Shown here one piece after another: positions 39,501 through 48,200 of a DNA stretch of 64,000 nt. Made by a program: the position numbers and the translations under genes. Source of the stretch: Octopus vulgaris (lineage: Eukaryota); contig OX597817.1 of the NCBI GenBank assembly GCA_951406725.2, positions 146,568,001 to 146,632,000 on the forward strand, given 5' to 3'. The stretch's first letter is position 1. Each line of letters starts with the position of its first letter. Under the pieces are notes generated by a model. That model searched no databases, was not told the DNA's origin, and worked only from the letters and a program-made list of their open reading frames with translations.

Positions 39501-41297
39501 GCCAGTCATGAGACCAAACATCCCTGAAAGTTTCATCTGAATCCATGCAGCAGTTCTTGAGATATCTTGTCCATGGATAAACAAACAAACACTACTGAAA
39601 ACAATACCTCTGCCTTTGCTAAGTCAGAGGTAATAAAGTATGCAATGTGATTCTGTGTAGCCTGCACCAATTATATTACTATCTAGAATCATGAAAACAT
39701 ACTGAAACTAATATCAAATATCTTGGTGAAGTAAAACATTTATTATATACACTATCTTTGTATTTATTGTTGGAAATCTAAACCAAGTTTCTTACTTTAG
39801 ATTTACCATTTACTGAAGTTAAATAACATGGAGTTATTTGGCTGATAGAGGTGTGAACAATGACTGTTTCTCTGCTGTCAGCTGTAATGGTTTTAGAGCA
39901 AAGCTACACTGTAGCACTATTATGAACTGTTTCAGTTAAGAATTAGAGCAAACACCACTCCTTGAAATTAATTTAATTGCTTTAATGGGAACAGATAAGT
40001 CTAATGCCCATTATCTGGTAAAAATGACAACACAGTAAAATTGTTGTGGAGAGTGGAGTATCCAACATTCTGGATAGCCTTTTTTTCATAGTAAAGAATT
40101 GTGTTCATATAATTGTAGAGGGAAAGAGAGAGAAAGATGCAACTTAATTAGATCTGGTTTAAAGAAACGGGCATGTTATTCATAATTAGCAAGGAAGGCG
40201 GATGTTAAATGATATATAATATATATAAATAAATAAATATATATTTATATATATTGTATATCATTTAATACCAGACATACATCATCATCGTTTAACATCT
40301 GCCTTCCATGCTGGCATGGGTGGGACAAAGCCTTGGGTTTGTCCTACCCATGCCAGCAAGGAAGGCGACCGTTAAACAATGATGATAATGTATATCTGGT
40401 ATTAAAAATGATATATATTATATATATATAAATAAATAATATTATATATGTGTGTGCTATTTGGATTATATAATTCTAATGACTGATTGTTTTAAATGCA
40501 GGAAATTAAGAAACCCTCTGAATAATCCCGGTCTTCTTTTCCGTACCATTTACTCCAACATGAGGAACCAAGTGACTGAGCCTAAAATAACTCATGAACT
40601 TGCTGAGGCTGTACATCCATCTTTGAAGGTTATCATCTTTTATTTATCAGTTCTCTGCTTTATATACATATATACCTCATCCGACCTAAAACTTTCTATT
40701 AACAATTCTCCAAGTAGCATATGCATTTTATTCTTTAAGATGAATTTTAATTAAGATAAAACTGTAATTTTTACTTCAGTCATGTAGCCTTGGATTTTGT
40801 CCCACTGTATGGGACCTTAGCCAAAGGTCTTCTGCTGTAGCCTTGTGAGTGTATTTGGTTGATGGTAACTAAAAGAAACACAAACATATATTCGTATAAA
40901 AAGCATGATAGCAACTTTGAAATTTCAACCTCTTTATAATGTTGGCAAATGAAATAGAGATAAGAATGTGCATTGTTCGTTTGATTGGAAAATATCTATA
41001 AGTGGCTGAAGATTGCTTGACATTTTAAAACTGATGTAATACTTAGTGTTTAATAAAATGAAGTAGCATGAAACGATTGTACCACATTACCTCGTATATA
41101 CTTGTTGCTTATTTTGATATATATATATTCACCATGATAGATTGCTAGCCACTACACATTCTTTATTTTCTCTCCTTGTTTCTTTCTGTGGAAAAGCGTG
41201 GGCTCGAAACGTTAAAGACTTTTTTTACTTCTTGAGCATTATACTAATACATTTGTCTGTTGTCTACACCACCTGTCTTCGTCTTTTGTATTTTTTT

Positions 41298-41335
<38 letters not shown>

Positions 41336-44329
41336 TGTTTGCCCCCCATTATCACTTGACATCCGATGTTGGTGTGTTTACGTCCCCTTAACTTAGCAGT
41401 TTGGAAAAAGAGACTGATAGAATAAGTACTAGGCTTACAAAGAATAAGTTCTGGGGTTGATTAGTTTGACTAAAGTTGGTGCTCCAGTATGGCTGCAGTC
41501 AAATGACTGAAACGAGTAAAAGAATATATTATCTTGAAAACCATGAATCTTTATTTTCAAATAATTCTGTAATCGTTTATTTCAGAGTGAAGCAGACATG
41601 TTGGAGAAATGTACTGCTCAGTTCAAAAAAATTGTAGAAATTATTTTAGCAAGACACGGAAAAGTAAGTTTCTTCTATTAATTTCATTATTAATTCGTTT
41701 GTTGTTGTTACTATGATTAATATTACTTAATAACTTATTTTATTGAGCTCTACTTTTCACTGTTGTTTAAGCCCCTAATCAGCTCAGATCTAGCAGACCT
41801 ATCTTTGTTTGGTCTCATCACCATCACGTGACATACGTCTTCCATACTGGTATGGGTGAGACGGTTTGACAGGAGCTGGCAAGCCTGAGGACTGTCCCAA
41901 GCTTCAGTGTTTTGGCATGGTCTTTACATTTTGATGCTTTTCCTAATGCCAACCACTTTACAGAGTTGGCTGGGTGTGGCCGGATACCTTTCCTAATGCT
42001 AACTGCTTGAGCAACAGATTAGATGAGGGCTATACAGATCATCATCGTTTAACGTCCGTTTTCCATGCTAGCATGGTTCAACCGGGGTCTGATCTGGCAG
42101 TGTTTCTACAGCTGGATGCCCTTCCTAACGCCAACCACTCTGAGTGTAGTAGGTGCCTTTTATGTGCCACTGGCACAGGGGCCAGAGGAGGCTGGCAACA
42201 GCCATGATCAGTTGGTGCGTTTTACGTGCCACAAGCACAGATGCCAGTCAAGGCGGCGCTGGTATTGGCCACGTTCGGATGGTGCTTTTTACGTGCTACC
42301 GGCATTATCAGAACTACAATTTCCATTTGATTTTTAGTTTGATGTTGAAGTACTTGACTCAATAGGTCTCCTTAAGCACAGCAGGCCAGCCTGCGAGCCA
42401 TGAACTCACTTCATTTGTTGGGTCTTCGCGGTCACAGCATATCCCCAGAGGACTCGGTCTTTCTTCATTGCCTCTGTGAGACCCAACATAAGTAATAATG
42501 CCAGGTGTCTTGTCCTGCTGGATGTTTACCAACCTCACTGTTTATTTTTTTTCTTTTTACACTGATGTAAGATGTTCTGTATGGTGAAAATTTTTTATTT
42601 TCTTGCAGAAAATTGTTGATCAACAGTTGGATGTCCAACGTATTGCAGACATTGCTATAGATTTGTATGCCATGACATCATGTATTGCCCGTGCATCTCG
42701 TTCTTATTCCATTGGCTTGCGTAATGCTGACCATGAGGTATAGTAGGACATTTTTCTTTTTTCAATATTTAAGATGACAAAAATTTAGTTAATGCCACAA
42801 AATTTCTAATATTTTTTTCCACATTATTAATGTTCTTGGTTAAAGATTTTTTTTGGTATTAATGCATAAATAAATGGTTTCTAAAATCCAATGAGGAGTT
42901 CAATATAAATTGAATGAAAAACATCGGTCTTTTTCTTGGATTAAGCAATAGAGGAAGGGTATAATTAACTGAATGAAACCCCGCTCTATCAACACAGAAA
43001 TGCTACCTTGTGTTCCTAGAAGATGAAAGCTGGTTTTGGTGGGTTCTGAAATCACAACTGTAAAGTACGCTCTGAGCTAAATGCAGTTAAAACCAGCCAA
43101 TGTCTGTTCAGATATTAAATGAAATTGTGGGTGAACTTTATGCTTGTGTAGAATGTACACACAAGTAATTTATTGGTTGAGGCTATAAAAAGGCTCTTTG
43201 ACTGATTGGTATGAAGTCACTCACCATTCTCTGGGCTCCTCAGTTGGTCTAATGCAGGTGTTGGTGAACCAGGGTTAAAATGATATTTTAGGAGATAATG
43301 AGGACTCATTAGACATAAGTAAAATTACATAAAAACGTGTTCCTTGTTACAACAGGAAATTTTCTTCTGGCAATACTGCATTTGTCCAATGTAATAGACA
43401 TGCAAATAGATTCAATAAGCCTTTTGAATTCAAAGAATCTGATTATCTTCCTTTCAAATCAAGGGGGTAATGTCGGCGTTAAATATATATTTGGGGTAAT
43501 TGATTAAAAAAGCTCCCCAACCCCGGGTCTAATGTATTTCATAAATTAAAGTTATGTACTGAATGATGTAGTAAAAAAAAAAACAAATCAATTCTCAACC
43601 AATTTAAATTTCCTTTGAGAAGCATAACCCCCAGTGGAAATTTTTAGCAGTTTTCATGTAGAAGGGTGTAAGTAACTATGAAATTACGAATTAATCCCAC
43701 AAAACTAATTTATAAGCTTAAGAGAAAAATCTGCAGGCAAAAGAGGTAGGTTTAAATATTTTTGCCTTCTGTGGCATAGTAGTTTATCCAAAATTGCCTT
43801 GATATCAAAGGGGTCAGAAAAAAAAAAAGCTAGTAATTTGCCTAATTAAAAAGGGCAGGGGAAATATCTCAAGTGGTCTGTTCAGACAAACTGCAGGATA
43901 AAAAAAGAATCCAGCTTGGAGAATAAGGATTGTGCCTTGTGGAGATAACTTACAATGAAACAAAATTTTAGGTTGGTACACAGAAATTGCCTAAACATAT
44001 TAACGAAGTAGCTAAACATTTTTTTAGGTAATCATTGTGGAAATTTTCCTTATTGCAGATAACAATAACAAAAACATTCTGTGCTCATGCCAGCCAAAGA
44101 ATTGCTAACAAAGTGCAAGAATTAAGTGTGGGTGAGTATACTATTTTTCCCCCCAAAAAATTCCATAAAGAAAAAAACAAACTAAATTCCTCATTTTGAT
44201 GGTTTTAACCTTCTCTTATCTCGTATAGGAAGCGTTCTGAATTATGACGAAAACCTGAGACAGATATCAGACCGAATAATCAGTGCACATGGATATGCTG
44301 CTGAACATCCCTTGACTCGCAACTGGTAA
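6063..44329 (+). CDS. ACAD9: Acyl-CoA dehydrogenase family member 9 (mitochondrial complex I assembly factor), 5'-partial; 17 coding exons in window: 6063-6156, 7536-7637, 9015-9121, 11625-11725, 12717-12867, 17435-17537, 26848-26921, 30108-30183, 31385-31455, 33985-34104, 36469-36597, 38646-38725, 40502-40628, 41586-41663, 42609-42737, 44059-44131, 44229-44329
   Basis: All exons are bounded by AG/GT and join in frame. Translation includes [70 protein letters not shown]|GTNEILR (catalytic Glu), [16 protein letters not shown] and the C-terminus AEHPLTRNW*, matching ACAD9 rather than VLCAD as recalled. Confidence 0.95.
6343..6822 (-). mobile_element. RTE 3'-tail copy with about 5 tandem ~60-bp units
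   Basis: Repeated GGTGCTTTTTACATGCCACCGGCA units. Confidence 0.85.
7536..7637 (+). CDS. ACAD9: ACAD9 exon (VDSQKID...[11 protein letters not shown])
   Basis: AG/GT boundaries, phase consistent with neighbours. Confidence 0.93.
7840..8745 (+). pseudogene. Old, degenerate RTE RT fragment with tail
   Basis: CTGTTGGAACCTCCTATGTATGCTGATG ([10 protein letters not shown]-like) and decayed downstream RT motifs; ends in CCAACCCATGCAAGCATGG. Confidence 0.7.
9015..9121 (+). CDS. ACAD9: ACAD9 exon ([13 protein letters not shown]...[10 protein letters not shown])
   Basis: AG/GT boundaries, conserved ACAD motif. Confidence 0.95.
9198..9425. mobile_element. piggyBac-type MITE (TTAA-CCCTTT...AAAGG-TTAA); further copies at about 18210-18435 and 37381-37592
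   Basis: TTAA flanks, short TIRs, shared internal sequence. Confidence 0.75.
10171..10398. mobile_element. Second piggyBac-type MITE family; copy at about 46934-47146
   Basis: TTAACCCTTTAG ... CTAAAGGGTTAA. Confidence 0.8.
11625..11725 (+). CDS. ACAD9: ACAD9 exon ([11 protein letters not shown]...AAFCLTEPS)
   Basis: AG/GT boundaries, ACAD signature. Confidence 0.95.
11798..12105 (+). mobile_element. tRNA-head SINE family 3; related copies at about 23695-23955(+), 37018-37240(+), 31870-32047(-), 60700-60995(-)
   Basis: TGGCTTAGTGGTTAG A-box, GTTTGATTCCC B-box, shared body (TTGAGCAAG.CAC.TTATTT). Confidence 0.7.
12268..12500 (-). mobile_element. RTE 3'-tail copy
   Basis: (CAT)n plus conserved tail. 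Confidence 0.85.
12717..12867 (+). CDS. ACAD9: ACAD9 exon ([12 protein letters not shown]...[11 protein letters not shown]...INDK)
   Basis: AG/GT boundaries, FAD-binding motifs. Confidence 0.95.
13123..15532 (-). mobile_element. 5'-truncated RTE-clade non-LTR retrotransposon (LINE) with 3'UTR and (GAT)n tail, in an ACAD9 intron
   Basis: RT ORF followed by about 600 nt of 3'UTR ending in ...GGACGCTAAACGATGATGATG; 5' end abuts (TA)n; no endonuclease domain left. Confidence 0.93.
13724..15532 (-). CDS. LINE reverse transcriptase (602 aa, uninterrupted, N-terminally truncated) with an internal PHD-like Cys/His finger
   Basis: [50 protein letters not shown], and the RTE-type C-terminus RRLRWYGHV...GRGRPRKTW. 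Confidence 0.92.
15531..15583. repeat. (TA)n microsatellite; others at about 16015-16052, 23636-23670, 24833-24879, 25530-25566, 27540-27571, 41301-41330, 54424-54472
   Basis: Read directly. Confidence 0.95.
15663..16030. repeat. Long AT-rich palindrome (~170-bp arms)
   Basis: Arms are reverse-complementary around TTGGT at about 15862-15866. Confidence 0.9.
16505..16730 (-). mobile_element. SINE family 2 (GGCGAGCTGGCAGAAACG...GTCGACTTTGCCTTTCATCCTTTCGGGGTC); further copies at about 30256-30460(+), 39003-39195(+), 47685-47902(-), 61347-61563(+), 63660-63822(-)
   Basis: Multiple dispersed copies; GAGTTCAAATTC B-box-like motif. Confidence 0.8.
17435..17537 (+). CDS. ACAD9: ACAD9 exon ([14 protein letters not shown]...KLGIRGSN)
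   Basis: AG/GT boundaries, conserved motif. Confidence 0.95.
21187..21523. mobile_element. hAT MITE with 8-bp TSD ATCTAGAA; second copy at about 59862-60185
   Basis: Ends CAGTGTTTGTCAAC / GTTGAGAAATGCTG; exact TSD on both sides; internal sequence shared with the 59.9 kb copy. Confidence 0.85.
22645..23093. repeat. Inverted repeat with ~100-bp arms and ~250-bp spacer
   Basis: TTAAGGGCTCTGAGATGCCAG...CACTCTAAAT versus ATTTAGAGTG...CTGGCATTCCAGAGCCCTTAA. Confidence 0.85.
24039..24830 (-). mobile_element. Long RTE 3'UTR copy with an internal duplication
   Basis: Tail motifs; about 24455-24625 is repeated at about 24628-24800. Confidence 0.75.
26848..26921 (+). CDS. ACAD9: ACAD9 exon ([25 protein letters not shown])
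   Basis: AG/GT boundaries, conserved motif. Confidence 0.95.
27612..28060. mobile_element. MITE with ~100-bp TIRs and TA target duplication
   Basis: CTGTGGTATTCATCTTGA... / ...TCAAGATGAATGCTACAG; a TIR fragment also occurs at about 347-366. Confidence 0.75.
28170..29846 (+). mobile_element. Degenerate mariner transposon (transposase pseudogene about 28835-29660)
   Basis: [15 protein letters not shown] start, GRPS, GDENW, HNNAS (HDNA-like), HPAYS..DYHLF; right TIR AAAACTTTTGGTTCAACCTGG-TA at about 29822-29846; the left TIR near 28170 is weak. Confidence 0.8.
28296..28799 (+). mobile_element. RTE 3' fragment (ORF end plus UTR), apparently inserted in a mariner remnant
   Basis: GACCGAGACCTTTGG...GAGAAGACC matches the LINE ORF end (DRDLW...EKT); tail motifs present. 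Confidence 0.75.
30108..30183 (+). CDS. ACAD9: ACAD9 exon ([14 protein letters not shown]...KKLL)
   Basis: AG/GT boundaries, conserved motif. Confidence 0.95.
31385..31455 (+). CDS. ACAD9: ACAD9 exon ([24 protein letters not shown])
   Basis: AG/GT boundaries, RxQFG motif. Confidence 0.93.
32320..32586 (+). mobile_element. RTE 3'-tail copy
   Basis: Tail motifs. Confidence 0.8.
32959..33232 (+). mobile_element. Young RTE 3'-tail copy with a 5' inversion
   Basis: Near-identical to the reverse complement of 13140-13378; first ~35 nt inverted. Confidence 0.88.
33335..33736 (+). mobile_element. tRNA-head SINE family 1, near full-length
   Basis: A and B boxes, body and tail intact. Confidence 0.85.
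33985..34104 (+). CDS. ACAD9: ACAD9 exon (EKLANIT...SLEAAIVK)
   Basis: AG/GT boundaries, conserved motif. Confidence 0.95.
34148..34706 (+). mobile_element. RTE 3'UTR copy with 4-5 units
   Basis: Matches the 3'UTR of the 13.1-15.5 kb LINE. Confidence 0.85.
36469..36597 (+). CDS. ACAD9: ACAD9 exon (IFSSEKAW...LQILGGLGY...RICMIFE)
   Basis: AG/GT boundaries; second ACAD signature, ends at the catalytic Glu. Confidence 0.95.
36802..37284. mobile_element. hAT MITE interrupted by a SINE; related copy at about 3868-4515
   Basis: CAGTGTTTCTCAAC ... GTTAAGAACCACTG ends; shared internal sequence. Confidence 0.65.
38646..38725 (+). CDS. ACAD9: ACAD9 exon ([19 protein letters not shown]...)
   Basis: AG/GT boundaries. 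Confidence 0.95.
39440..39637 (+). mobile_element. Helentron/Helitron-associated non-autonomous element (HINE/DINE-like)
   Basis: AAAGTTTCAT.GAATCC motif, (ACAA)n, 3' hairpin ACCTCTGCCTT..AAGTCAGAGGT. Confidence 0.5.
40502..40628 (+). CDS. ACAD9: ACAD9 exon ([10 protein letters not shown]...VHPSLK)
   Basis: AG/GT boundaries, VHPSL motif. Confidence 0.92.
41586..41663 (+). CDS. ACAD9: ACAD9 exon (SEADMLEK...ILARHGK)
   Basis: AG/GT boundaries. Confidence 0.92.
42038..42490 (-). mobile_element. RTE 3' fragment
   Basis: Tail plus ORF-end similarity. Confidence 0.75.
42609..42737 (+). CDS. ACAD9: ACAD9 exon (KIVDQQL...[16 protein letters not shown])
   Basis: AG/GT boundaries, conserved motif. 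Confidence 0.95.
44059..44131 (+). CDS. ACAD9: ACAD9 exon ([24 protein letters not shown])
   Basis: AG/GT boundaries. Confidence 0.9.
44229..44329 (+). CDS. ACAD9: ACAD9 last coding exon ([12 protein letters not shown]...AEHPLTRNW*)
   Basis: AG at 44227-44228; TAA at 44327-44329. Confidence 0.93.
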
Positions 44330-44384
44330 CAATGGCATGAAGTTCTATTCATCGTTAATCAGAGTTGTCTGTATGTGTATATAT

Positions 44385-44390
44385 AATAAA
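44385..44390 (+). terminator. Putative ACAD9 polyadenylation signal AATAAA
   Basis: About 55 nt after the stop, followed by T-rich sequence. Confidence 0.6.
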
Positions 44391-45183
44391 GGCTTATCTT
44401 CTATAAAATTTTTGTTATTCTATACACCATTGGTTTGCAATGTAGGTCAAATGCTCTCCAACTTAACCAGAGAAAAAGAAGTGCAAGCTAAGACATAATT
44501 TGGCTTCTTTTTTCTTGGTAGAAAAATACAGCTGGGTTAACCTATCACACAATAACCCCTAGAAATAAACCAAGGGCCATGCTCAGATAGCAACAAATGG
44601 ATGGAAGCTACTAGACTATTAAATATCAGCAGAATAACAATGTACTTGGTTCACACCAAGGCATCCATGAAACTTAACTCGTAATCAGAGAAATTAAAAA
44701 AATAATCTAAAAAATTGCCTCCCTTACAAATTGAGTTTACACAAATAACCATGTTTTCAGTTATACTTGCTGAATTGGGAGGAACAGAGCCTGCAATAGT
44801 TGCAGGTCTCCTGAGGACAAATTTGTTCAATGCCATTACTACTCAGTTAACAGGTGAAAACCAGCAGGAAAGCATGAGAATCCCAGAAGATATGGGTTCT
44901 AGGGAGAAAGCACTGAACAGACTATTTGGGAATGCATGCAATAATAGCAATAAATCGGAGATACAACTGAGCTGGAGTGCCTTAGTTGTGAAGGTAAGAG
45001 TCTAGGTAGCAGTGAGAAAGACACTACACCAGTTTGTTGGTTGGGGACTGAAATATTTACCAAGCAAAAAGTGTCTAGTGTACCTGTACAGTGGGAAGCA
45101 TGCAACAAGATCTCTTGTTTGGTCACCTCTAGCAGGGCTTCAAATAATTAAAAACAAACACAAGCAAACCACTTATAATTTTG

Positions 45184-45189
45184 TTTATT
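45184..45189 (-). terminator. RPL18A polyadenylation signal AATAAA
   Basis: About 30 nt after the stop; short 3'UTR typical of ribosomal protein genes. Confidence 0.8.
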
Positions 45190-45218
45190 GTACACAATCG
45201 GCTCAATTTCTGAACAGA

Positions 45219-48200
45219 TTAGAAATTGGTGTATGGTCTCCTAGTAGTGAATTTAGGATTTTGTAAGTTCCTTTCCACGCGATGAGGCAATGGGAAGCGG
45301 ATTTTGGCATTCTGCAAAAGAAAAGACAAACATAAGATGCTTTGCAAACATATAAGTCAAGCGCTGCCACAACCATTTATTCATTCTCTAGATCCTCACA
45401 AAAGGCTGAAGTAGATTACACACACACACTTCTGAGACAAATATCACATCCAACAAATGATTAGAATGCATCCCACCACCAAAATAAATAATCGAATTTC
45501 ACTTACATGGAACTGCTTAATGTAAGCTCTTCTGCATTTCTTGGCTGGCACAGTTTCCACTCTAATGATTTGGATAGCTGAAGGCCTGGCACGATGCCTA
45601 GCTCCCATATCACGGTCTAAAGGCAGAAATAAATCATGATTTAATTTCAATAAATAAAAGAAATATATGAGCTGTAATCTTCAAAACAGATCAACCAAAA
45701 TCCCTCTTTGTTTCACTAACATTGGGAAAAGAATCTCCACTTACAATCAATACATTTAACATTTTTCAAACTAAGTATCATGAATTCTACAACTGTTTCA
45801 GAAAATCAGCTTTTTGATATCCACTTTGCAAGCTAGGATGGATTTTATGGCTGGATGTCTTTCACAATGCCAACCATGCTGTGCTCTTTTTCGCTTTATG
45901 ACACTGGCACTAGCAAAGTCACTAACATGCACGACAAAAAATTTCCTCAACTGAACAGGAAAGTGTTTGAGAGGAAGAAAGGTATTCTCATGTCAGGTGT
46001 TTTGTTATAGAAACAAAAAATGGTGGTGACTAGACCCCAGAGTAAGAAACAGAAGCGTAGTAATAAACTGAATGTAACACAAGTAACCAGTCACTGGAAG
46101 GTGCCGCACCCCCAGTTGAGACATTCACAGGTAATAGAAAAACAATGTCATAGCCATTAACTTTCTGAGTCTACACCAGTGACCAAAATAGAACAGCTAT
46201 ATTACTATTGCACACATTTCTGACACAGGGAAATATAAAGAAATCCCCATGTAAACGGTTAGAGTGCATGAATCCCATCCACAAGATCCTAAATTAAAAA
46301 AAAAGAACATCAACCAAAGTACTTGCAATGCTGGAGAAAAACTTTCATGCAGTAATTCACAAATTTAGTGACAGGACAGAGACAACACTAATAGCAAGAA
46401 TTATCCTGTTGAAACATTTGCAAAAACTAACACTAAAACAATTAGTGTGAGTGTGTGTATATGTATGTATATATATGTACAAAGGTAGTCAATATTAAAT
46501 TTATTGTAGAATACATATTCCAGAAAGTTTAGAAGTAACTAATAAAGGAAGGCCTGAAGCCAACACCCACACCAGCTTGAATTCAATATCTTCGAAAAAT
46601 AATTCGCTATCTTCAACCTCATTAGTCATTGGATAAGCTAAATAAATTAAAAATTGCTGTAACTAGAAAAATGAATTCCTAAATGAGCAACAACTGCAAA
46701 ATATTGAAGTCACCTTTGAAAAGCAAGAAAGACCAAACCACTTTCAACATACCAGCATGGAAAACATGCTTATTATACTAAAGAATACTACAACAGCAAC
46801 TACTCTTCACTACAGCTGTTTCTTAACAGAAAGAACTAAGAGGTAATTAACTGAATATCAAGCTCTGTTACCATATTTCTGTTGAACTGCACTGCCCTTG
46901 TTTGAATTTTGATGCCAAGTTATTCAGGTAACTTTAACCCTTTAGTGTTCAGATTACTCTGTCAAATATAATGCTTTTTCAATCACATTGTTTTGAATTA
47001 ATCCTGCATTATCTTGTAGCTCTGAGAATTTGATGATGTGATGGTTTATTTTGAGGATGTCATTGTAGGATATGAGTGAGAGGCCAGATCTAGATGGTTT
47101 GAACATAAAAGAAGTAGAAAATTTGGGCCGGATATGGCCGGTTTAAATAGAAAATATTTACCACAGAAAGAGAGTGCACCAACCAAGTTGCTACCAAGAG
47201 ATACTACTTAAAATGACCAGGAAAAGATGGAGTTGAGGAATATTTAAGTCATAACAACAGTATCAAACACAAGGAAGAAAGAGCTTGTATGTAAGGTACA
47301 AACAAAATGGACTGGTGTTCACTGACCAATTGAAAACAATTCTCGAACACCATCAGGACAGTAACAATTAGCAAAGAAAATATTTGCATTACATTCAAGA
47401 CAAACTTCAGAATAGCTATGAAGAAAAGCAATGTGTTATTAAGGAAATAGGCTAGGCAAAGGGTAAATTAACTGACTAGATCCTTAGACCAGGATGGTAC
47501 AATCCTACCCTGCTCCTAGGTAGACAAGCCAAAACTTACAGCCATTTTTCACTCTTCACACTCTGATCAAGATATGGATAAGTATAAAGTTTATCGAAAA
47601 CAAATATTGAATAGTGCACAAAACTGCAAAGTCACTGATATTTCTCCAGAGCACAAACCAACTAAAAAACACACACACACACATATTTCTTTATTGCCCA
47701 CAAGGAGCTAAACACAGAGGGGATAAACAAAGGGACTAAGTCTACTACATCGACCCCAGTGCGTAACTGGTACTTTATTTATCGACCCCGAAAGGATGAA
47801 AGGCAAAGTCGACCTCGGCGGAATTTGAACTCAGAACGTATCGACAGACGAAATACAGCTACGCATTTCGCCCGACATGCTAACGTTTCTGCCAGCTCGC
47901 CGTTAAGACATTCACAGATAATAGAAAAACTATGTCATAGCCATTAACCCTCTCGGTCTACACCAGTGACCAAAATAGAATAGCTATATTACTATTGCAC
48001 ACATTTCTGACACAGGGAAATATAAAGAAATCCCCATGTAAACGGTTAGAGTGCATGAATCCCATCCACAAGATTGAAGGTGACTTCAATATTTTGCAGT
48101 TGTTGCTCACTTAGGAATTCATTTTTCTAGTTACAGCAATTTTTTTTTTATTTGGCTTATCCAATGACAGCAAATTATTTTTTCGAAGATATTGGATTCA

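Noticed and set aside
44715-45005. 96-aa ORF between ACAD9 and RPL18A
   Set aside because: No recognisable homology, non-ATG start and no supporting splice structure
46143-46269. Assigning snoRNA family A to SNORA68 or to a specific rRNA target
   Set aside because: The sequence does not match SNORA68 as recalled, and candidate pairings (e.g. 18S GGUAAUUCUAGAGC) are too short to assert without computation
46490-46660. Alternative RPL18A terminal exon (minus-strand AATAAA near 46500)
   Set aside because: AATAAA is frequent in AT-rich introns, and there is no convincing exon or transcript evidence
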